Of a stretch of DNA of 64,000 bases, positions 44,448 through 52,630 are shown piece by piece. The DNA lies in the IMG/VR virus record IMGVR_UViG_3300049259_000177, positions 1 through 64,000 of that record; one strand, given 5' to 3'. Both the position numbers and the translations under genes were made by a program. Source of the stretch: a virus. The notes below the pieces were generated by a model, which saw nothing but the letters and a program-made list of their open reading frames with translations, did no database searches and had not been told where the DNA came from. Numbering within the stretch: the stretch's first letter is position 1; every line of letters begins with the position of its first letter.

Positions 44448-44463
44448 CAAGGGATTGCAGCAG

Positions 44464-44607
44464 GGCCCGCCCTGGCGAGTACGTGTGCCGGGTCATCGGG
44501 GGAGCGACCCCTCGCCGACACTCGGCCACTGTCCCGGCCAGGAGGGGGACCGAAGTCCCACACTTTTCACCGGGGAGCGCCTCGTGACGTGACCGCCAGG
44601 ACGAGCC
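44464..44607 (-). ncRNA. stand-alone structured small RNA (candidate)
   Basis: 14-bp closing stem with 2 G-U, cUUCGg hairpin, own promoter TTGAGC-N18-TATCCT at 44623-44652. Confidence 0.6.
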
Positions 44608-44634
44608 ATCTGTGCAGCGATCAGGATAGGGCCG

Positions 44635-45105
44635 TTACACGCCTCCGCTCAATGATGCGCTCCGGCGTTTCGCCGTTGGTGACGCCGTGGCACCTTCGAT
44701 CTTCTGTGTCACCTTCACCTTCGACCAGAACTCACGGTAGGTGGTCTGGCTGGCGACGAGCACGGTACCGATGGTGGCGATGAGGGTCTGTCCGTGCCCG
44801 ATGGTGCCGTCGACTACGCAGGTGATGACCGCGACGGCGACCGCGACGGCAGCGCCGACGAGAGTTCGGGTGGTCGTCGACCAGTGCGGTTGCTGAATGA
44901 TCGCGACGATCGGCGGGGAAATTACGCCCACCACGAGCCCCCACAGTGCCGTGGTCGTGACGATCGAGCCTGCGCTGTCCGCTGGGGGAGCCTTGCCGGT
45001 GGTGGCATACGCGGTGTGCTGCGCAGTGACGAGCAACAGGAGGCACGTAGCGAGCAGGACGAGGAACCTGATCACCCACGAACGCTGCCATAGTCGGACG
45101 AACAT
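44635..45105 (-). CDS. holin
   Basis: several TM segments; VGVISPPIVAIIQQPHWS motif; basic C-terminus. Confidence 0.75.
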   Translation of the reverse strand: MFVRLWQRSWVIRFLVLLATCLLLLVTAQHTAYATTGKAPPADSAGSIVTTTALWGLVVGVISPPIVAIIQQPHWSTTTRTLVGAAVAVAVAVITCVVDGTIGHGQTLIATIGTVLVASQTTYREFWSKVKVTQKIEGATASPTAKRRSASLSGGV

Positions 45106-45116
45106 GCTGGACCTCC

Positions 45117-45656
45117 TCAGTAGCCGAAGCCGTAGAAGTAGAACCCGATTGGGTCGATGGCGAGGGTGTGGGGCGGCAGACGTACCAAGCATCTGCCGTC
45201 CAGGGGGCTGTAGGCCGTGCACGAAGACTGGCTGGGAGTGGGGGACGGGCTGTGCGGATGGTGGCTAGGGTGCGGCTTGGGTGAGCGATGGCTCGGGCTC
45301 GGTGACGGTGGCGGTTCAGACTGAGGTTGCGGCGTCGAAGGTCGCTGGGCCTGCTGCTCGATCTGCCGGATCATCTGCGGGCTGACCCCAGCGTTCTTGA
45401 GTGCATGACGGAACGCAGCCAACTGCCGATTCGCGCTTCCTATCCGGCCACTGAGCGCCTCGACCTGGCGGTTGGAGTGGCGCAGCGCGTCGAGCGCCCG
45501 GTCGAGACGCCGCCCATTCTGCTGGCTGCTCTCGTACGCCGAGTAGATGCCGTAGATAGCGACCGCGACGATGGCGAGTGCCGCAACTCGTCTCCATAAG
45601 GGCCCACTGCCCCGGGCGCGGGCATAGGTGGCTCGCGCTCGGTCACGTGTGGTCAC
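45117..45656 (-). CDS. TM plus coiled-coil plus Pro-rich lysis-associated protein
   Basis: architecture and position next to holin. Confidence 0.65.
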   Translation of the reverse strand: MTTRDRARATYARARGSGPLWRRVAALAIVAVAIYGIYSAYESSQQNGRRLDRALDALRHSNRQVEALSGRIGSANRQLAAFRHALKNAGVSPQMIRQIEQQAQRPSTPQPQSEPPPSPSPSHRSPKPHPSHHPHSPSPTPSQSSCTAYSPLDGRCLVRLPPHTLAIDPIGFYFYGFGY

Positions 45657-45958
45657 GAGTGACCTCCGTTCTTGCGTTTCTCGTCGGCCCCGAACACAAG
45701 CGGCAAGCCCGTGAGGGAGACGCCGACGGCAACCGCAGCCGGGTCGACTTTCTTGGACAGGAACACCTCGTGGACGATGATCGCCATACCCGCGAGGAAG
45801 GCGATCACGTCGCGGACGGTGGCGAATCCTGTCGGCAGCCGGATGGTGATGCTCCGGCCGCGCCGAGGCGGTTCCGGTTCCGGTTCCGGAGGTGCCGTGA
45901 CCTTGCGTGGCGCACGCTTAGCCGGTGTGCGCTTCACGGGCTGCTTACGCTCGGTCAC
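45653..45958 (-). CDS. two-TM membrane protein (leaderless, class-C promoter 45966-46000)
   Basis: hydrophobic segments; TAACCT-N7-GTG. Confidence 0.7.
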   Translation of the reverse strand: MTERKQPVKRTPAKRAPRKVTAPPEPEPEPPRRGRSITIRLPTGFATVRDVIAFLAGMAIIVHEVFLSKKVDPAAVAVGVSLTGLPLVFGADEKRKNGGHS

Positions 45959-45985
45959 GCACCGAAGGTTAGGCGCGGAGTCTGG

Positions 45986-46438
45986 TTAGCGTCGCCCCGT
46001 CGCCTTGCGCGGCGAGGCTTTCTTGACGGCCGGTTTCTGTCCGTCCGCCGTCGGCGTAGGCCGGGGTTCGACCGGCGGTAGTTGCTCTCGCTGCCGTGTC
46101 TTGCGCGAGCCGTGCTGGCCGTCCTGCAACCGGGCGATCTGCGCGAGCAGGCGCTCCCGCTCCTCGTCCCACTGGGCCTTCTCGCTGACGTAGCGCTGGG
46201 CCAAGGTGTTCAGTGACGCCCGCGCCTGCGCCTCGCGGTCGAGCCCTTGGAGCATCTGGTCGCGGACGACTTCGATCGACGCGTCCTTGACGGCATCGGC
46301 GCTGACGTCGAGATTCAGCGCGCCCCCTGGCGCTGGCGGCGCAGGAGCCGGTTGTTGCGCGGTCCGGTCGGCGACGCGCTCGACGGCTGTCTTCGCTGCC
46401 GCGACTGCGGCCTCGACGTCCGGGTCGGGTTCAGGCAT
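45986..46438 (-). CDS. coiled-coil hypothetical protein (class-C promoter 46446-46479)
   Basis: heptad-like C-terminal half; leaderless start. Confidence 0.7.
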   Translation of the reverse strand: MPEPDPDVEAAVAAAKTAVERVADRTAQQPAPAPPAPGGALNLDVSADAVKDASIEVVRDQMLQGLDREAQARASLNTLAQRYVSEKAQWDEERERLLAQIARLQDGQHGSRKTRQREQLPPVEPRPTPTADGQKPAVKKASPRKATGRR

Positions 46439-46477
46439 GCACGGCATGCTTGCACACGCTGTCCCGAGCCTGGCGCA

Positions 46478-49400
46478 TCACGCGGCGGCGAGAGCGTCGA
46501 CCTGCTTGCGTAGCGTTGCGATCTCCGCCTTGAGCGCAGCGAGGTCGGCGTCGTGCTCCTTGACGATCGGGAGCAGCGGAACCCAGCCCCGGGCGTAGTC
46601 GACGCTGTCGACGCTGTCGAGGTAGTGGATGACGAGTTCGTCGAGACCGGCCGCCCACACCTCCTCGGCGATCAGCCCCCACTGCAACTGCTCGTTGGGC
46701 TCCTCGTCGTCGAACAGGTCAGTGCGCCAGTTGTACTCGACGGCACGGGCCTTGAAGATGCGGCGCGGGTCGGACAGGTCGGCGATGTTCTGCTTGAACC
46801 GTTCAGAGGATGAGATCTTGCCGAGCCTGAATGGCGAGCCAGACCCCCAGATCGTCGACGCATTGTTGGTCGTATATCCGTTGATCGTGTCGGCGCCGTA
46901 GAACGCCACGCCGGTCAACTCGAAGTTGGCGTTACAGGAGATGGTGCCACCACCGTTGTTGATCTGGCCGACGGCGTTGATCGCGTAGCCGCCCATGCCC
47001 AGCCCGCCGGTGATCGACGGGCTGGCGAGCGTGACACCGGAGATGGTGTGGCCGTTGCCGACGACGTCGGTGCCGAGGTAGATCCCCGTACCGATGCTGC
47101 CAAGGCTGACCGACCCGTTTATGGACACCGATTGGTTGGCTGCGCCGATACTGATCAGGCCGTTGCTTTGCATGATGATCAGCGAGCCTGCGTTGACCAG
47201 CGTCAATGACGTGCCGCCGCTGTAGCCGATACCAGCCGAGCCGCCGGAAGAGTTGTAGAAGTAGATGGTGTCGGCACCACTGCTGCTGATCTCGACGCGC
47301 GCACCTGACGCGGCGGTGCGGATCAGGCCGCCGGTGATCGTCCCGCCGGTGACCGAGATGAACGGCGCACCGCCGCTGATCGCCATAGTGGCGACTTCGA
47401 TGCCACCGGAGTCGAAAACATGAAAGCCGGAGCCGTTCATCTCGGTGCGTGCGCCGGAGTCGGCGGTCTTGATGCGCGCGGACACCGTGACGTCCGCCGT
47501 CAGGAGACCGGCGATGAGCGAGCCGACGCTGACCGTCGCGATCTTCGCCGCCTGAATGGTCGCGTCGACGATCTTGGCGTTGGTGATCGTCGCGTCACCG
47601 ATCTTGGCGTTGATGATCGTGCCGTCGGCGATCTGCGCGGTGCCGATAGCGGCGTTGGCGATCTGCGCGGTGCCGACAGCGGCGTTGGCGATCTTGGCTG
47701 TGACGATCGACGCGTCAGCGATGTTCGCCGTCCCGACGGCAAGGGCGCCGATCTTCGCGTTGGTGATCGCCGCGTCCGCGATCTTCGCCGTGGTGATCGC
47801 CGCGTCCGCGATCTGTGCCGATCCGACCACTCGCCGCAACTGGATGTCGTCCACCCAGATCGAGGACCCGGCGGGGGAGGTGTTGAGCGCCCAAACCGAC
47901 AGCAGCATCTCTTGCATACCGGCAGGCACCACGAACAAGCCCTCGTACTTCGCTGTCGCGACGCCGACAGCCGTCGGGGCGATCGGCGTCGCGCTCAGTG
48001 TGGCCGCCGCGTTGAACATGGTCACTTGCAGCATCGCCCCGGCCACTGAACCGCGAGCCTGTATCGAGATGTACCACACGTCACCGGGCGTGGTGCCTAT
48101 CGTCCCTTGGGGCGCAGCGGTGACCAGGATCGCGCTGTTGCTGGTGGCGGCCGTTCCCGAAGGTGTCAGTTTCATCGACTTCGAGCCGTTGATCGGCGCG
48201 GCTACATCCAATGCGACGGCGCCCGAGTATCCCGATGCAACCCCGGACTTCCAGCCTGCCGCCATCGTCGGTGCGGCGGACGATACTTCCTCGAAGCCGG
48301 GGTTGAGCAGCACGTTGTCGGACAGTGCGCCGACGGTCAACTTCTCGGTGCTGACGGCACCGGAGGCGATCTGTGTCGCCGTAATGGCGCCCGCAGCGAT
48401 CAAGCCGGTGGTGATCGCGCCGGTGATGATCTTCGGCGTGGTGATCGCACCGTCGGCGATCTGCGCCGTCACCGTGACCTTGCGCATCTCCACGGCATCG
48501 ACGCATAGGTAGTTCCCGGTATTCGGGTGCGAGTTATAGACGACGACCTGGGCGTAACTGGCTCCGGCGGGCGCTGTCCGCTGACCCTCGTAGACTTGGT
48601 CGTTCTTCGTGCCACCGGGGCCGCCGACATTGCTCAGGTAATCGACTGAACCGATCAGGCTCTTGTTGCCGTCGTACCAATTGACGCGCAGATAGATGCC
48701 GTTGGTCACGGCAGTGGTGTTGCCGTAGAGCATGCGCAGAAAGTAAGCCGCGCCGCCTTGGACAGGAATGAAGTCCGACCAGATGGAGGTCCAACTCGCC
48801 GGATCGGCGAACAACACGGCATATTGCTGCCCCGACGTCGCCCGTGCGGCGCTGAGTTCCAAGTAGGAGTTCGCCTGATTGGAGGTGTCCGCGTTGTTGT
48901 ACCAGCGCGCAATATTCAACGTGTTACCGGTCGGTGCGTTTAGTGCGACGCCGATGTCCTCGAAAGAGGAGTTCGGCAGGAGGTTGTCGCCGATGGCCCC
49001 GATGGTCAGTTTCTCGGCAGTCACCGCCCCGGCGGCGATCTGAGTAGCCGTGACCGCCCCGGCGGCAAGGACTGCTGTGGTAACGCTGCCTGCGATGAGT
49101 TTGGGGGTGGAGATCGAGCCGTCGGCGATCTGCGTCGACGTGACTGCGTTCGCCGCAATGATTGCAGAGGTGACCGAGTTGACCGCGAGCACAGCAGTCG
49201 TGACGCTGCCAGCAGCGAGTTGGGTGGTGCCGACCGTGCCGGGCAGGATCTCATCGGGCATCGGCGAATAGGCTGTGGCGACATTACCTCGCTCGATCTG
49301 TAGCCCGTCGAAGTAAACGCCCGCGCCAGTTGTGCCGTAGAGACGCAGGTCGACAGACGTTGTCGTCGGTCCGGAGGTGAGCGGGATCTCGATGATCTGC

Positions 49401-51796
49401 CACTGGTCTGTCTTGGACCAGTCCACCGAGACGGTTGGCAACGCGACGTAGACGCCCGGGTGGGACCAGTCGATAACCCATACGGGAGAGGAGATTCCGC
49501 TCGCCGGTGCCGCTACGTTCGGCGGCGCCATCGCTGCGGTCACACCGGCCGGTATCCAGACGGCCATGCTGAACGTGTACTCGGTGCTCGGCTTTACTGC
49601 GTACGTCTTCGCGGCGTAATGGTCATGGGCTGTGTCCGGGTTCACCACGTGTAGGACGCGTACGCCGTGGAATGGACTCGGATGGTCGGTTGGGTCCGTC
49701 AGGACCGCTGAGAAACTGGTACCCCATCCAGTCAGCGAACCGGATTCGAACGACGAGTCGGGAGCGATGTTGCCGCCGCCGATCGTCACGTCCAGCGCGA
49801 CGGGTGTCACGGCCTTGGCGGCGATCTGCGCGGCAGTGACGGCGCCAGCGGCGATCTCGGCGGTGGCGACCGCATTCGCTTGAATGACGCGGGCGTCGAT
49901 CGCGTCGGTGGCAATCTTCGCGTTGGTTATCGCCGCGTCATTGATGTCGGCGGCGACCAGTGGCGGAACGACGCCCCCGGCGATGTCGGACGGCGTGCTC
50001 ATGTTGCCGGACCGGTCGACCGCGACGAAGCGGACGTAGACGGTGTCGCCCGCACCACCGACGGCGATCGAGGTGCTGGGTCCGATGAGGCTGTCGATGA
50101 TCTGCACGCCCGGGTCGGTGATGGCGAAGTTGTTGGACGCGGACGCATACACGTCGGTGTGGGAGAAGTCGGCGGACATTGGGTTGCCGCCGGAGTCCAG
50201 TCCATCCCAGGTGACGCGGAGCACGCCGAGGTAAGGCTCAGTGACGGGCGTGCTCGGCTTGTTGGGCGGCGTCGTATCTTCGGCGAGCAGGATCGCTTCG
50301 CTCTCGGTCCAGGCGCCTTCGTTGCCGCCGAAGTCGACTGCGCGCACGCGGGCGGTGAACAGATGTCCGACCGGCAGGCTCGACAGGAACATGACGGTGC
50401 CGTCGTTGAACTGCTCGGCGCCGGTCCAGCCGTTCGAGTCGATGCGGTAGGCGACGTCGTAGTGCCCGAAATCGTCGAAGGCGGAGCCGTCCGTGTTCTC
50501 GGTGACGTCGGTCCACGAGATCGTCGCCTGCGCTTCGGTCTGACCGGCGGCGTCGACGTACGCAGCGGAGGAGACGTCGACGGCGAGCGGCGCGGCCGGG
50601 AAGGTGACGTCCGGCCCCTCTTTCTTCGGCTGCGGCGCGCGTGTGTTCGACGTCGAGCCGTTGAGAATGCCGTCGATCTTGCGTTGCAGCCGCATCGAGA
50701 TCTCGACGATGAGGTCGTTGAGTTCGATCGACGTGCTCTGTAATCCGTCCTGGCTGAACACGCGCGCGATGGTGCGCACGCGCTGCGGTGCCCAGCCAGT
50801 GTCGTCGTCGGTGCGCCGCTGGTCGTAGCGGACGTAGTCGCCGAGGTAGTAGTCGACGGAGGGCGTCGGTGCGCCTTCGCCGCCAGGAATGTAGACGAGG
50901 GTGATCGCTTCACTCGTCGCCTGATAACTCGCCGCCTCGACTTCGCCTATAGCCTGCAAGGTGCCGAGGTCGGTGACGCCGCCACGACCGTCGTACGCTT
51001 CGCGGCGACGACCGGACCAGTTCGGCGTGGCTTCCTCGGCGAGCGCGCCTTCATCGCCGACGAGCAGCACCGTCGAGCGCTTGGTACGCCGCGACCGCAC
51101 GCGCGGGCCCTGGGTGACGGACTGACCGAGCCGGAAGATGACGTCGGGGCGGTCGGTGCCGCCGGGCCCGGTGTCCGGTACGAACATCTGCAACGTCATG
51201 CCGTTCATGCGGAAGTCGGCCCAGGCGTTGTCCGCGAACCCTTGCAGCACCTTGAGGTAGTCGCTGCCCGTGTCGTAGGTGATCGTGTACTGCTTCGGCC
51301 ACGGCTGCCCGGCGGAGTCGTTGACGGCGTCGAAGTCGTAGGAGACGTCCTGCAACGCGCCGCGCGCCTTCGCCTTCGAGATCAGGTCGTGCATGATCTG
51401 ACCGGGGGTGGCGTCGGCGAACCCTTGATGCGGGTCGAGGTTGATGACCGGACCGCCCGGGACGTGATCGGCCGGGAAGACGATCGGGTCTTCGAGCAGC
51501 GCAAGGACGCCACGTCCGCCGAACGTCGTCGTCATCGTCGGCTTCGGCTGCTTCGCCGGATCGTCGCTGTCGTCTTCGAGCAGGTACCAGTCGGGCTGGA
51601 TTACCCCGTCGACGACGGGGACGAGGACCGCTTCGTCGAGGTCGATCAGCGCCGAGCCGACGCCGAGCAGCGGGTACTCGGCAGACAGCGCACCGGTTCC
51701 GTTGAACTCTTCCTGGATGCTCGCGGAGGTGAACTCGGACAGGCGGCCGATGTAGGTGGTGCCGTCTATCTCGTAGATGTCGAAGTACACGCCCAT
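46478..51796 (-). CDS. large minor tail protein (Tal-type hub, FN3, three CBM-like domains, S74 chaperone)
   Basis: follows Dit; three N...N.SFE repeats; ITNAKIAD repeats; SSERFKQNI...WGLIAEEV plus coiled coil. Confidence 0.9.
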   Translation of the reverse strand: MGVYFDIYEIDGTTYIGRLSEFTSASIQEEFNGTGALSAEYPLLGVGSALIDLDEAVLVPVVDGVIQPDWYLLEDDSDDPAKQPKPTMTTTFGGRGVLALLEDPIVFPADHVPGGPVINLDPHQGFADATPGQIMHDLISKAKARGALQDVSYDFDAVNDSAGQPWPKQYTITYDTGSDYLKVLQGFADNAWADFRMNGMTLQMFVPDTGPGGTDRPDVIFRLGQSVTQGPRVRSRRTKRSTVLLVGDEGALAEEATPNWSGRRREAYDGRGGVTDLGTLQAIGEVEAASYQATSEAITLVYIPGGEGAPTPSVDYYLGDYVRYDQRRTDDDTGWAPQRVRTIARVFSQDGLQSTSIELNDLIVEISMRLQRKIDGILNGSTSNTRAPQPKKEGPDVTFPAAPLAVDVSSAAYVDAAGQTEAQATISWTDVTENTDGSAFDDFGHYDVAYRIDSNGWTGAEQFNDGTVMFLSSLPVGHLFTARVRAVDFGGNEGAWTESEAILLAEDTTPPNKPSTPVTEPYLGVLRVTWDGLDSGGNPMSADFSHTDVYASASNNFAITDPGVQIIDSLIGPSTSIAVGGAGDTVYVRFVAVDRSGNMSTPSDIAGGVVPPLVAADINDAAITNAKIATDAIDARVIQANAVATAEIAAGAVTAAQIAAKAVTPVALDVTIGGGNIAPDSSFESGSLTGWGTSFSAVLTDPTDHPSPFHGVRVLHVVNPDTAHDHYAAKTYAVKPSTEYTFSMAVWIPAGVTAAMAPPNVAAPASGISSPVWVIDWSHPGVYVALPTVSVDWSKTDQWQIIEIPLTSGPTTTSVDLRLYGTTGAGVYFDGLQIERGNVATAYSPMPDEILPGTVGTTQLAAGSVTTAVLAVNSVTSAIIAANAVTSTQIADGSISTPKLIAGSVTTAVLAAGAVTATQIAAGAVTAEKLTIGAIGDNLLPNSSFEDIGVALNAPTGNTLNIARWYNNADTSNQANSYLELSAARATSGQQYAVLFADPASWTSIWSDFIPVQGGAAYFLRMLYGNTTAVTNGIYLRVNWYDGNKSLIGSVDYLSNVGGPGGTKNDQVYEGQRTAPAGASYAQVVVYNSHPNTGNYLCVDAVEMRKVTVTAQIADGAITTPKIITGAITTGLIAAGAITATQIASGAVSTEKLTVGALSDNVLLNPGFEEVSSAAPTMAAGWKSGVASGYSGAVALDVAAPINGSKSMKLTPSGTAATSNSAILVTAAPQGTIGTTPGDVWYISIQARGSVAGAMLQVTMFNAAATLSATPIAPTAVGVATAKYEGLFVVPAGMQEMLLSVWALNTSPAGSSIWVDDIQLRRVVGSAQIADAAITTAKIADAAITNAKIGALAVGTANIADASIVTAKIANAAVGTAQIANAAIGTAQIADGTIINAKIGDATITNAKIVDATIQAAKIATVSVGSLIAGLLTADVTVSARIKTADSGARTEMNGSGFHVFDSGGIEVATMAISGGAPFISVTGGTITGGLIRTAASGARVEISSSGADTIYFYNSSGGSAGIGYSGGTSLTLVNAGSLIIMQSNGLISIGAANQSVSINGSVSLGSIGTGIYLGTDVVGNGHTISGVTLASPSITGGLGMGGYAINAVGQINNGGGTISCNANFELTGVAFYGADTINGYTTNNASTIWGSGSPFRLGKISSSERFKQNIADLSDPRRIFKARAVEYNWRTDLFDDEEPNEQLQWGLIAEEVWAAGLDELVIHYLDSVDSVDYARGWVPLLPIVKEHDADLAALKAEIATLRKQVDALAAA

Positions 51797-52630
51797 CTAC
51801 ACGAGCCAAGCAGGAGTGCCGGTGACGGTCAGTTTCGTGGTGGCACCGCCGCCGGTGCCGCGCAGTTGAAGCGACGGGGTGTTGCCCGGCCGGGCGGGTG
51901 GCACGTTGTGATAGCGGGCGCCGCTGTAGCGCAGGTGCCCGAGGTTGGGCACGAAGCCGCCGAGCCCGGTTGCACCCCATCCGTCGCTGCCACCGCCGAC
52001 GACGATCGACTCACCGGCCGGGATCGCTCCGTCATAGGTCCACCAGTCGCCGTCGCCATCGGTGGTGGCGATAACGAGAGGGTTGTTGATCGGGCCGTCG
52101 ACCTGAGTGGTGAGACGTTCCTGCGGTGCGGTGACGGCAGCGAACGAGGTGAGCGCGAGCGCCTGCGGCAGACCGGGACCTGCGACGGTTGCGTCGGTGA
52201 CGGGACCTGCGTCGTCCCACCACACGCCATCCGGCACCTGCACCTCGATGGCGGCGCGGATGCCAAGGTTGCCGATCGGCGTCGGCTCGATCGCGGCAAT
52301 GACCTCGCCGTAGCAGTAGCGCGCGCCGCCTCCGGCGAGTGTGCGCCTGTAGCGCTGCAACCTATGTCCGGGCGTGACGGCGCGCAGAAAGAGGTCCCAC
52401 CACTGCTCGACGAGAGAGCGCGTGTCATCGCCGAGCCAGATATTGAGGGTGAAGGTGCCCTGGTCGAACTGCTTGGGTGCCCACAGTTGGCCGGTGCGAT
52501 TGGCGACCTGGCCGTTTTGCCCGCGCTTGGCCGGGCTGCGGTACAAGCCGCTGCGCATCTCGACGTCGCGCAACCAGCCGTCGGTCAACAGCCAGTCATC
52601 CACCCACCAGTCTTCACGTTGATCGGTCAT
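51797..52630 (-). CDS. distal tail protein (Dit)
   Basis: directly follows tape measure; size and composition. Confidence 0.8.
   Translation of the reverse strand: MTDQREDWWVDDWLLTDGWLRDVEMRSGLYRSPAKRGQNGQVANRTGQLWAPKQFDQGTFTLNIWLGDDTRSLVEQWWDLFLRAVTPGHRLQRYRRTLAGGGARYCYGEVIAAIEPTPIGNLGIRAAIEVQVPDGVWWDDAGPVTDATVAGPGLPQALALTSFAAVTAPQERLTTQVDGPINNPLVIATTDGDGDWWTYDGAIPAGESIVVGGGSDGWGATGLGGFVPNLGHLRYSGARYHNVPPARPGNTPSLQLRGTGGGATTKLTVTGTPAWLV

Noticed and set aside
45910-45930. Partial box A (GCTAAGCGTG on minus)
   Set aside because: Mismatched, inside coding sequence, no promoter hexamers
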